Source of the DNA: Amoebophrya sp. A120
Lineage: Eukaryota; Protista; Dinoflagellata
DNA: 64,000 nt
Direction: 5' to 3'
NCBI GenBank assembly: GCA_905178155.1
Contig: CAJINV010000002.1
Span: forward strand, 9,678,650 to 9,742,649
In this document: piece by piece, positions 35,471 to 46,780 of the stretch
Layout of the letters: each line of letters opens with the position of its first letter
Numbering within the stretch: position 1 is the stretch's first letter
The notes under the pieces: generated by a model
The model's database searches: none
What the model saw: only the letters and a program-made list of their open reading frames with translations
Told to the model about the DNA's origin: nothing
Position numbers and translations under genes: made by a program

Positions 35471-37431
35471 ATGTCGCGGCTTCCCGCGAAGATCAGTTCG
35501 TCGTCTTCCTCGCGTTGTCGCGCCGTCTCGGTTCAACATCACGACAGCAGGAGCAATAAAATACTGATCCGGAAGATGAACAATCAGATATCTGGATGCC
35601 CAGGGGCCCAATATTCGCAGTATCGCGCCTTCGGCAAGATGCGGACAATGCGGCGGGTCGCGTACCCATGGATGCAAGAGTTACGACGGGACGCTTGGAA
35701 ATTCCTCCACCAGGAGATGATTGAGCATTTCCGCGGTAGTGAGGCCCCACAGCACAGTTTGATAACGAATGGCAGTTCCGGCGGCAGCACGTTGACAGGG
35801 ACCTCGTACCTGAACCCAGCATTTCGCGCGACGGCGTCGTCCGAATCATCTTCCGGGGCAAGTGGATCGTCCTCGTCCTCAACATCTACTAGCTCATCAA
35901 GCCATTTCTACGGCGATAATGCGGAAGAGGACCATGCACGAGGACACCAAGAACTTTGTCCGCGATCTGTGAACCCGCCGACCTTTCTGAATGCTCGCGA
36001 CTGGCCGAAGTTTTCGAGCAAGGACATGATCCTCGAGGAGAAGGACCGGCTACCGGCCTTGATCACGAAGCACGGTCCGGATCGCGGGATTGTGCTGAAG
36101 ATGTCGGACGTCATGCCCTTGGCTTTTGACGAGGAGGGGGGACATCTGTCGCACCTGCTGAAGTCCCGGCTCTACCGCATCCGAAACGACGACCAGTGGG
36201 CCAGGGCGAACACGGTGGACCCGAGTACGATGAAACTTGGTGACAAGGACGACAAGAACAATGGGCTGCAGAGCAAGAAGAGGATTTCCTACGCCGGAGA
36301 CGAGCTGTGCTACGTGTCCGACGTCCGCGCGCACGTGGTGGACAAAAAGCTGTACTTATCAAAATGAAAAATCCCCCTTCCCCATATCGAAACGAAGTCT
36401 GTGATGCTGGATCTGCGTACACAAATCAGATTTGTCTTGCTGGAGAGGACTGCAGGCCCACAGCAAGCCTGAGTACAGAGGTTTTGGCCTAGGCGCTTAG
36501 CATGAGAAACGTCTGCGCTGTAGGCCCAACAGCATCACAAACCGCCTGCATGATACGGCGAAGCCTGTGGAATTGCCTTCTTGCAAGATAGACGTGACTT
36601 GCGGTCGCAAATCAGCATTCCAAATTTTCTGCGACGTACCTTTTCGATATGGGGAGGGGGGATTTTTCCCCACGATACTACTTCCTGCGGTTCGAGCGGC
36701 ACGTGCCGTTCAAGACGATGACGAAAATCCCCGTGCCCGTCTGCCTCATCGGGGTGTACGGGTGCCCGGGGCAGCTGAAGGGCGCGCACATAGACCTGAA
36801 CATGCCGACGGTGATGTGCGAGGTGGTCGGGGAGGAGTTCCCCAAGCCCTTCCTCGTCGATTGCTCGAAGCTGACAAACTATCGCAAGAAAAAACTGTTT
36901 CACTTTGAACTTGTGATGCAGAGAATGGAGCACAGAACGACTTGGCTTGCTACACCTGCAAGCCATTGGATTTTTTAGCGTTTTTTCCCTTGGGAAGCGC
37001 GCGTAACAAATTTTCTGATGCAGATGCAGATCTTGTTGCAAGATCATCACAGTGAAACAGTTTTTTCGTGGGATACCGACACCGGCGCGGCCACCGACCC
37101 CGAGTCCCTCGAGAGAATGGGCAAGAACGCGAAGGAGTCCCGGCCGTTCGGGTCGCCCGTGGTGGAGTACGGGCGGATCACGCTGCGGGATTTGCTGGAG
37201 AAGGGGATGTTGGAGCAGTACAACGGCTTGGTGCGGTTTTCCCGGGAGTACGACGCGGAAAACGGGGGCTACGGCTTGGAAAACACCGAGGTGGTGCTCT
37301 GCTACGACTGGGGCAACGTGCCAGAGCAGCCTCTGCCCGCGGATTGGGAAGACCCGAATTTTAACACGAGGCAGGGCCGCTACCACCTCACCTACAGCGG
37401 ATTCTGGCCCAGGCAGGTGCAGCGGAGCTGA
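35471..37431 (+). CDS. Ribosomal protein bL25/TL5/CTC-like, probably mitochondrial (477 aa). Exons 35471-36356, 36683-36879, 37081-37431
   Basis: Spliced sequence VSDVRAHVVDKKLY|FLRFERHVPFKTMTKIPVPVCLIGVYGCPGQLKGAHIDL...FPKPFLVDCSKL matches the CTC pattern (H-P-V..D-F; V-P-V..G; I-P..V-D-V-S-L); Ser/Arg-rich N-terminus. Confidence 0.75.
36357..36677. mobile_element. Family B TIR intron
   Basis: Homologous to 1282-1603 in the same orientation; repeat GTACT/CTACT at 36352-36356 and 36678-36682; frame restored. Confidence 0.93.
36880..37075. mobile_element. Non-canonical TIR intron
   Basis: TIR TATCGCAAGAAAAAACTGTTTCACT / AGTGAAACAGTTTTTTCGTGGGATA; imperfect repeat CAAAC/CCGAC; frame restored. 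Confidence 0.88.
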
Positions 37432-38167
37432 GGCGTGCCTGCTGCGTGTATTTCATTCTTTCAGCTGTATTGAGCCTGAAGATGGACTTTCACGATTAAC
37501 GTAAAAGTGGCCACAATCCCAATTAGGAGAAAACAAGATCTATTCTTTTCATTCAGATCAAAGAGTCCGTGTAGAAGGCTGCGGATGTATTATTCAATGG
37601 CCACGATAAGACGGCACTCACTTTTGCCCAGAATCTCGTCACCGGAACAGGGTTCCAATGTCATTACCGGCGCACCTTTTTAACAAGCGTTTGCTGTTCC
37701 CTCTGATCGTTATTTTCAATCGAAGTATTTTTTTACATTGCAATTCTCAGTGGCTTCGAGATCGCACAACGACAACCGCCTAGCAGCAACTTTTTTGTGT
37801 GATCAGATCTGACAACAGCGCAGCTCTTTTCTCTCTCTTTTCTGTGAAGAATGTAGCAGGAAGCAGCACAGCGACTCATACGCGAAATTTGAAGATCATG
37901 GCTGCAAAACGCAGACAACAAAAAATGTTCTTCTCTCTGCTGCCCTCACCGTAGTGCCTCGGGCTCCTTGAGAATATAGCGCGGGAACTGACCACGATAT
38001 ACGACGTCCCTTCGTGATAGCGGCCTCGGATCAAGTATCCAACACCAGTCCGGTGCACGCCGACCCGAAATACAATTCGGTACAGCCACAGCCACAAGAC
38101 GGTCTAGTAGCGGCCGAGACCCTGAGCAGACCACCAGCACCTTTAGGGCAGCGAAGCTACCTGCAAC

Positions 38168-38742
38168 ATGATCTACTTCGTGTTGATGGTGAACAAGCAG
38201 GGACAGACCCGGCTGTCCCAGTACTACGAGTACATGACGATACGGGAAAAAGCGCAGCTCGAAGGCGAACTCATCCGCAAGTGCCTCAGCAGACACGAGA
38301 ATCAGTGCAGCTTCTTGGAGTACAGGCAGTACAAGGTCATCTACAGGAGATACGCATCACTGTACCTATTAATTTTTGCTGCGTAATTGTGACGAAGACG
38401 AAGTGAACGTGATGAAGTTAGTGGAACTTCTATCTAGATCTAGAATGCTGATGCTCAACGTCAACCAATTATTGGATCCATCATGAAACAAAAATCAGGT
38501 ATTTCATCATAGGCTGCGACCAGGACGAAAACGAGCTGGGCTACCTTGAGTTCATCCACACGCTGGTGGAAACGCTCGACAAGTACTTCGAGAATGTGTG
38601 TGAATTAGACATCATGTTCAATCTCGAGAAAGCGCACTTTATTCTCGACGAAATGGTTCTCAATGGCTGTATAGTAGACACAAACAAGTACAACGCATTG
38701 AATCCGCTGTATTTGATGGAAAAACATTCTGCTGGTCAGTGA
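38168..38742 (+). CDS. AP4S1: AP-4 complex subunit sigma (145 aa); GT-AG intron at 38362-38498
   Basis: MIYFVLMVNKQGQTRLSQYY...QCSFLEY...YASL|YFIIG...ELDIMFNLEKAHFILDEMVLNGCIVDTN; the VNKQGQTRL and DEMVLNGCIV motifs are characteristic of sigma-4. Confidence 0.93.
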
Positions 38743-39407
38743 CTTGATTGATACTGAAGCAGCACACTTGCAGCTTCATCAGCAACCGAGCTACGCACTT
38801 CGTATTTTCGCAAGAAAACTTTTGGAAAGTTGTGACTGACGAGACTGGTAGGCGTACTTAGACAATATGGCTATTTCGCCTGAATCTGTGTTCAGGTCTC
38901 TGCAAGCATTGAGAGAGGTCTTCCCAACAAAATTGCAATTTGCATTTACTCTTGGAGCGCGAAGCGACAATAGAGCAGCGCAAAACCCGTTTAGAGAGTC
39001 AAAGAGAGACGCTCATACATGCATCAAAGCGCAAGCATGGGGGCCCAGCCAAAAACTTGCCGCGGCCGCATGCGTGCGGGCCCTTTGGCGCAAATACCCG
39101 GCCTTTCCTTGCACGTAGTGTGACCCTGATGCGACAGTGAGTATATTTATAAATATCTGTCCCTTTTCTTGCAATGGGGTCGATGACCATTCAGGTAAAT
39201 CCTAAAAATGAATTGTTAATTTGACGATGGACGGAAACGCCGCAAAGGAGACGGCGACGAGAGACGCTGCGTCGTCAACATCGCCGTCCGTTCGAGATCG
39301 TGTCAAACACTTCGAGCGGGTTTCTCCGAGAAAAGGAAAAGAACAGGAACAGGCTGCAGATAGCCCCGGGCGAGGCAAAAGTATTCCTGTTTTTGTTTAA
39401 TCTTTGA

Positions 39408-41633
39408 CCAGGAAGATGAACTGCCGGCGGTCTGGACGTGGAGAGGGGATCTTGAATGTGCAATGTATAAGTATAAAAATGTATGCCAGCCACACTTGCG
39501 ACGAGTCATGAAATCCAGTGATGAATCTTAGTAGTGAACCAAATGGAGGAGCAGCTGCAATTGCGACAATGAAAGCTGTAATCAAAAGCAACATTACTTG
39601 TTCCTCGTGCAATTACCAGTTAACAACCTCAAAGATCGCGTTACAAGTCCGACTCCGAGCTCGAGTGCAAAGGCGGGCAACAAAGTCGCATTGGTGACGA
39701 GTCCTCCCTCTGCTTCGAAAGCTGTGCTGCCCCCAATACCTTCTATTCTTGGAGTAAAAGATATAGCGCCGCCGTGCCGTCCTTCAGCATCAGCGTCGTC
39801 TGTGTCTCGTTCGCGCGACAGCAGTGGGGCGGGTGTATCTCGTCCGCGCGACATTTTGCGAAATAATAATGAATTTCACGAGCACGACATTACCATTACG
39901 CGGCCCCGTGAGGGGAAACATCAAGACGCAGGGCCGGAAACAAGAGGTAAAGTCTCAACATAGGAGCTTCTTATATCAAATGAGTAAGGTCAGGACGTCG
40001 TGTCTGTGCTCCTGCGATAGAAACAAAAACATGTGAACCACAATCCGAAATTAATATAAGTATAACTGTCAGGTACTAACATCTTGAGTAGCGATGGCGT
40101 CGTTATGTTTGCTCCGGCAAATATGGATATGACCGATGGGGCAAGTGCATCAACTGCCTCTGGAGCCAGCGAGGATAAGAAGGAAGCCATTCGAGGCCCG
40201 ACCCATGCAGCTTCCAGGGTAAGTGGAGAAATTTTCCCGCGATGCGACGACGTGGAGAACGGGGCAAATAAAACCGACGTGAAGAATATTGGGAACTACG
40301 GAGAAGGTCCTAATAGATACTTCTTTCTGTTTTGTATTCGTTGTCTCTCGAGGTGAAGATGTAATAAGTCCGCTGTAAACCGGATAAGGCACGTGATCCA
40401 CAAAGGGAGTGCACCTGCGAGCGGAAAAATCGGACCCGCATCTGCTTTTGCTTCGTCTCATTGCAGAAAAGCAGTGACCCAAGCGAAGTCAGTCAGAAAA
40501 TTTACCTATTTACCTCCAGGAAGAGGCACTGCCGGCGTTCTGGCCCTGGAGAGTGGATCTTGAATGTACAGTGTAAAAAATGTATGCCAGCCACACTTGC
40601 GGCGAGTCATGAAATCTAGTGAAGAATCTTAGTAGCGAACCAAATGGAGGAGCACCAGCAATTGCGAAAATGAAAGCTGTAATTATGTGCGAGCAACATT
40701 ACTTCCGCATGCAATTACCAGTTGACTTTAATGATCGCGTTGCAGGTCCGACTCCGAGCTCGAGTGCAAAGGCGGGCAAAAAAGTCGCGTTGGTGACTCC
40801 TCCCTCTGCTTCGGAAGCTGTGCCCCCAGTACCTTCTATTCTTGGAGTAAAAGATATAGCGCTTCCGCACCGTCGAAGCCCTTCAGCGTCATCCGTGTCT
40901 CTGTCGCGTGACAGTAGGGATAGTATTGATCGGCAACATCACCAGCAAGAATCAGCAATACCTTGTTCACGGCCGGAAACAAGAGGTAAAGTCTCAACAT
41001 ACATAGGAGCATCTTTGTCAAATGAGTGAGGTCAGGATGTCGCGTTTGTGCCCCTGCGATAAAAACAAAAACATGGGGACCACAATCCGAAATATAACTG
41101 TCAGGTAACATCTTGAGTGCGAGCTCTACCTCCTGCTCCTCGAGCGATGTCGTCGATATGTCTCTTCCGGCGGATAAGAATATGACCGCTGGGGCGAGTG
41201 CATCAACTGCCTCTGGGGCCCGTGAGACCCCTGCAGCTTCCAAGGTAAGTGGAGAAATATTCACGCGAAGCGACGCGAATCGCAGTTCATCATTGTCGGT
41301 GAAATTGCCTGCGAGCGCACATGCCCATGACGAAATGAAACTCGCTAAGAATGTAAACGACGTGGAGAACGCGAACGGGGCAAAAACCGACGTGAGTAAT
41401 ATTGGGAACTACGGAGAAGGTCCTAATAAGTAGATACTTCTCTCTGTTTCGTATCTATTCGTTGTCTTTCGACGTGATGTAATAAGTCAGCTGTAAACCA
41501 GATAGTGCACGAGATCCACAAAAGGAGTACACCTGCGAGCGGAAAAATCGGACCCGCAGCTGCTTTTGCTTCGTCTCATTGCAGAAAAGCAGTGACCCAA
41601 GCGAAGTCAGTCAGAAAATTTACCTATTTACCT
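39408..41633 (+). repeat. Diverged tandem duplication with a ~1.1-kb unit (39408-40515 and 40516-41633)
   Basis: Both units begin CCAGGAAGA.. and end ..GAAAATTTACCTATTTACCT; many colinear shared blocks; both encode similar peptides (PTPSSSAKAG..PSILGVKDIA; NIGNYGEGPN). Confidence 0.9.
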
Positions 41634-42102
41634 ACTATTTTCATCAGGTCACAATAGCGGATCAACATCAACAGCACGTTGGCGGTCGTCAGGCACAGAT
41701 GCTGTTGCAGAAGCAGATAGTACGTCCACGTGGAGAAGGAGCACAACGTGGCATGCGACCGCTGCCGGTTCACCAGAGGTGTGCGTCGACCCCAGAGGAT
41801 CGCTGACTGCCACCGACCTTGGTGATCCTGGTCGACACGGGGCGAGAGGGCGCAGAGGCACGGAGTCGTGGAGGCACACTGCTGCTCCGTTTCTTAGCGG
41901 TCTTTTCGAGAAAAGTTCATCCAAATCGAGCGCCTCGGGCACATTACCGGCTGCGAAGTTATTCCCCGCGGAGAAGAGCAAGGCGGACGCTGAGGACGCA
42001 GGTACTCCAACTTTTATGGAAGCCATGATCATGACCAGGCACCAGCGACTAGACTAGCCCTTCACTAAGAAACTCACTCCTAATCATGTATTTTTAATCA
42101 GG

Positions 42103-43146
42103 TTCATCAGGCTCTGCTGGGGCGGCACCAGCGGCAGTACGCACTGGGTTCAGACCCTATTCCCAAAAAGCGTGGAACACAACCGGAGAAGTCGTCGGAA
42201 AGCACTTCGTCCGAGACACCATTCGCGGATTTGGTACGGAAGACGAGCTCCGTGGAGTGCCGGAGCATCCGCATACAAGTCCAGGCAATGTCAAACGATC
42301 AGATCGCTCTTCCCAGGGCTCGTGGACGGCGTTCGGACGCAAAACCAACGAGGGCAAGGACTTCGAGGCCAGGGTGCTGCTGGAGCAAACGACCGAGCTC
42401 CTCGTAGATGCCGTCCGGCAGACAAAGAGTCTGCAGTCTGTGATTACCGGCGGACACCCCCCCGGGGGCGGCGCGGTCACCGTGCCGGAGTTTTGCGAGT
42501 TCGCCCTGGGCTGGGACGAGGGAACTCCCGTCGCGGCCGCCGGGTCCTTTGTTTTTCGCATATGCGCGGGGCGGGTGGTTGCGCGTCTCGCGCACGGAGA
42601 CACCGGATCCAGCGACAGTTCCGTTATTGTTCCCTGCGGGCACCTGGCTCGGCGGGAAGTAGCGCAGGGAAGGGCTGTCCGCGCAGTGACGCTTGGAGTG
42701 GCAGGCGATGGGCGGTGGTTGGTCGTCGGGTGGCAGGGCGAACGCCCAAACCGGAGAAGAAATCGAAAAAACCCGGTGCTAGCAGCAAGAAAAGTAAAAA
42801 TGATGGTGAAGTGAAGAAGGATAAGAAAAACCTCGGGGGCGGGAAATTCGAGTGTGCAGCTCAGTTGAGTGCAATCCGCCTGGCAAGATACAGAGGAGCT
42901 GCCGCCCAAGACTTCGCATCTCTCTGGCCAGACCTCTCCGGCCTAGGCTGGCCGTGGAACACAACAGCCTCTGCGACGAGGAGTCGAGCAGAACGAGACC
43001 GGAATGCCGCTGTTGGCGATCGCGATGCGGGAGCAGCACAAGGAAGTAATTCGGACAGCATTGCGGGAAGTAACGAGAATGACAAAGACGCGGCTAACCC
43101 GGACCAGCTGTTACGGGAAGAGGATTCAGACAAGGGAAATCAATGA
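42103..43146 (+). CDS. Probable terminal exon of a hypothetical multi-exon gene, with an apparent frameshift near 42748
   Basis: A GC3-rich frame (ORF 42257-42814) appears to continue in another frame (KPEKKSKK...) to the stop at 43146. Confidence 0.35.
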   Translation, partial: FIRLCWGGTSGSTHWVQTLFPKSVEHNRRSRRKALRPRHHSRIWYGRRAPWSAGASAYKSRQCQTIRSLFPGLVDGVRTQNQRGQGLRGQGAAGANDRAPRRCRPADKESAVCDYRRTPPRGRRGHRAGVLRVRPGLGRGNSRRGRRVLCFSHMRGAGGCASRARRHRIQRQFRYCSLRAPGSAGSSAGKGCPRSDAWSGRRWAVVGRRVAGRTPKPEKKSKKPGASSKKSKNDGEVKKDKKNLGGGKFECAAQLSAIRLARYRGAAAQDFASLWPDLSGLGWPWNTTASATRSRAERDRNAAVGDRDAGAAQGSNSDSIAGSNENDKDAANPDQLLREEDSDKGNQ

Positions 43147-44218
43147 AAAGCAAAAGAGTCGAAAAAAGATGTAGAGATGTGCACTAACCGCGGCTCTACT
43201 AAACAGGACTACCGTGTTGACATTTGTACTTAAACCAATCAAGAGGCCGCAAGACGAGGCCTTGCTGAGGCAGCATCTATTCAAACTAAATCTGATAGCT
43301 CTAAAAGGTGCGAAACAAATCGCATTTTCTGTGTCTCCAATTGATATGAGTAAAGAAAATCGTATTCCAATGAATACAACCGAAGAGATTATTTGTATCA
43401 TGCTTAGTTTTCTGGGCGCGCTTCTTCTCCTGTACCTACTCTGTTGTATGCAGGCTCGCTCGAATCCTAGACTTCGCAGAGCATTAGCAGCATCGCACCT
43501 GATGCAGATAGGACACCGACTCCAACAGACCATCCGGCACCATTCACCTGTCAAAGGCTTGACTTTTCCGCAAAATAAACAAAGGCGATTAACGAAGCAG
43601 TGCGATCGCGTGATACACAAAACCGAGAAAATAGAAAATGACACTCACGGTCACGGCGATGCAAGAAAACGACTACAGCATTGGCATCAGTTGCTGCCGC
43701 CATGAGTTCAATGATTCCAGCTATCGCTTTCGTGAAGTATCTCTTTGTTCCGAGTGAAGAAACAATGTCTTGTCCGTTGATATACTGCAGATCACGAGCG
43801 AGCACCTCCGAACACGCACCTGAGTGCAACAGGATAATTCTGCATCCTGAGCACGACCTTCTCGCTCACATCAGATCACAAGCTCTCGTTGCTTGCGGTT
43901 TCGCAACGAAAGCGTGGAGAGGGAAACTTTTCTGGGTATTTGGCTCCTTTCAACTACTATCCGAAATTGAGTCATGCGCCGTCGGTTTGATCAGGTTTTC
44001 CTTTTCGCAGTCTATGCGAATACAATTTCGGCATGCTCAGCTTCAGATCCTCGCCCTCCAATGCTTGCGTGTATGCTAACGTTGCGCCAGGAATTTGTGT
44101 GTGAGCGACAAGGGCAAACGAAAAGACGCGAAGAGTGAAATAGAAGGCCAACCGGAGAGAAGTAAGTACATGTTTTTTATGAGGGAATTACGGGCACTCC
44201 GTTTTGGGCATCTACTCC

Positions 44219-44318
44219 NNNNNNNNNNNNNNNNNNNNNNNNNNNNNNNNNNNNNNNNNNNNNNNNNNNNNNNNNNNNNNNNNNNNNNNNNNNNNNNNNN
44301 NNNNNNNNNNNNNNNNNN
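44219..44318. other. Assembly gap (100 N)
   Basis: Run of N; a similar CTCCGKTTTGGGC motif on both flanks suggests a collapsed repeat. Confidence 0.99.
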
Positions 44319-44891
44319 GCTCCGGTTTGGGCGCAAATCGGACTCAAAGTTTTTCTGGTTTTGCCGATCGTGTCCAAAGCACGTTGGCTTCCGGCCAAAA
44401 AATCGTCACCCGTGCCCGTCCCACCCTAGACCACTAAATGTAACTAAGGTGTGTCATGGATTACGATTGATGGAGGACGTAGTGGCGCTTAATTAAATTT
44501 GTTATATCTCGTTTGAACTTCAGTAGAGCACGGCTGCAGAAGTGTTCAATTGTTGTATGGAATGACGAGAATTCTGAGGATATATTGAAGATCATGATCA
44601 TTGTGGGAACGAACCAACGCGCAACTCAAATGTTTAGCAGGTGCTTTCTTTTACCTGAAAGAATTCGAAATTTGGCTACGTCTGTTTCATCTTCAAAGAG
44701 CAAGTGGACACAGATTCGAAAAATTTAAGGTCTTTTATTACAGAGACTGTACGCGAAGTTGAAGTAGTAGTTATCGCTGAATATATTATGAGGAGTAGAG
44801 GAGGAAGAACCACAAGCGCATACTCTAGTAGCTGTTTCCTCCTTGGTCGAAAGGCATCGATAAAGAATTTACAGAAATCAACAATCCAAAG

Positions 44892-45920
44892 ATGTCTTCG
44901 CCCGCTTCCGCAGTCGCAATGAAGAACAGTGTCGCGAAGACGAGGAAATCGTTAGTAGGGAAGGAGAAATTTGCCTGCGCAGCTACAACGAAGAAAAAAA
45001 CACAAAAGACCACCAGAACGGCCGCAAGTGTGCAAAAACAAAAGCCATCCGAAGATATTATCGTGGGTCTTCATCAGAAGAATATCCCAAGCACGACAAG
45101 TACACAAAAAATGACAGCGCACCGTTTGGGCTTGGTCTCTGATGCAGCAATATTGCAGCAGCTCGAGTCCGCACTTTACTACTGCCATGTGCCGGAGTTG
45201 AAGGAGATTTGTGCAAAGAAACTGAAATTGCCTAGCGTAAAATCTTCTGCGGACAAAACAACACTTGTAGAGACGATTTGCGGCGCGTTGCAAGGCCTGA
45301 TACCTGGTGGCGAAGGAGATGTACACACCGGAAAGGCCGCTGGCCCGTCATCCACCTCTGCAGCGCCGAAAAGCCTCTCCTCCCTCCCGATTCCCCCGGA
45401 GGCAAAAAAGGTGCCCGGCGCCTCATCCGCTTCGTCTGCAGCAACGAAAGATATCACAAAAAAGGCTGCAGAACCAACCAGCATACAAAATTTCATGGTC
45501 TTCGGGCATTACAAAAACGACCTGAAGCATCGGAAGTTTTTCGAGAGCCAGATCGGAAAGCACTTCCACTACACAGCGAGCGGCATTAGGTGGCTGAACG
45601 AGCAGTGGAAGATCGAAAAGCGAACACCTAAGTTTAAGGAATACATCGAGTTCTGGAAAAAAGAGCACGAGCAGGCGCGGAAGGCGAAGGAGGCAGGGAC
45701 AAAAGGAAGCAAGGGACGCAATGTTGACGTCGGCAAATCTTCTTCTTCGCAAGTAAAAAAGTTCAGCGAAACCACGAAAACGCTGCAATTCAACCAGTTC
45801 TGTGTGAAGCACAAAAACCAGTTTGCAGATCGCGCTGCAATGCTTGAGGCTTGGGAAGAAAAGCGTATGGCGAACAAAACCAAGGCGCTCGAAATAATCA
45901 ACAAGTACCACAAGAATTGA
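44892..45920 (+). CDS. SAP-like plus DUF6434-like protein of bacterial type (342 aa)
   Basis: YYCHVPELKEICAKKLKLP...KTTLVETI (SAP-like), then YKNDLKHRKFFESQIGKHFHYTASGIRWL...QFNQF...AWEEKR; recognised from memory of the bacterial family. Confidence 0.65.
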   Translation: MSSPASAVAMKNSVAKTRKSLVGKEKFACAATTKKKTQKTTRTAASVQKQKPSEDIIVGLHQKNIPSTTSTQKMTAHRLGLVSDAAILQQLESALYYCHVPELKEICAKKLKLPSVKSSADKTTLVETICGALQGLIPGGEGDVHTGKAAGPSSTSAAPKSLSSLPIPPEAKKVPGASSASSAATKDITKKAAEPTSIQNFMVFGHYKNDLKHRKFFESQIGKHFHYTASGIRWLNEQWKIEKRTPKFKEYIEFWKKEHEQARKAKEAGTKGSKGRNVDVGKSSSSQVKKFSETTKTLQFNQFCVKHKNQFADRAAMLEAWEEKRMANKTKALEIINKYHKN

Positions 45921-46780
45921 AGCGTACATAAGTTCTCGCAGGAGATGACAGCCACAGCCATGCTTTGGTCTATGATCAGGTAGACGTACAGATGACGAGA
46001 CTCGACGCGCAACTCATTTTTGCGGGACACACGTCCATCACGGGAGCCTTCTTGTTAAAAATCTGATGAACGACAAAAGCGGAGACAACAGAAATGTTTT
46101 TGTGTTCAATGATACGAATGCGGTGCCATAATGACGTTGTCTTTGCGCACAAAAAATCCGCCTCCTTTACTTTTAGGGTATCGACGACTCGCTCAGGACG
46201 TCGGTATTCTCTGCTTTTCGTCAAACGAAAAACTAAGTTGTGACAAGAAGTCCGCGTCAACATCGTCATCGTATAAGTGGCATTCTTTTTCGTGGTCGTG
46301 AAAGTCGTGGATCAACATCGTATTGAAGCATGGGATACTGCTTGCGCAAAAAAAAACATGCGCTTTCTTCGGTATTCATCATTGTTCTGTGTAAAACGTA
46401 GTTGCGTCGAGATCTTCAGCAACGGTGATACTGCTCTGGGTCTGCCTTGACGTATATATATTACATAGCTGGACACTAAACGACGCCATATCCTTTTTCT
46501 ACAAGAGCTAGAGACCTTCTGCTTTTTTTGCAATAAACGCACACACAGGCCGGCGCAACAGTTTTTCTAGTGCGTAATGTAAATGTTTGTTTCTCCGCCT
46601 CCTGGCTACTCATAACGTATCAGTATCACAGTAACTAGTTGTATTTGCTCCAGAAGACGCAACATAGAAGAAAATGAAGTGAAGCTTTGCTTTGGTGGTA
46701 GCAACACACACCATGTCAAGCTAGGATGAGACTCACACGCGAAATAGGACAGTGTCGGCAGCGCCAGGCTGGTGAGGGGC

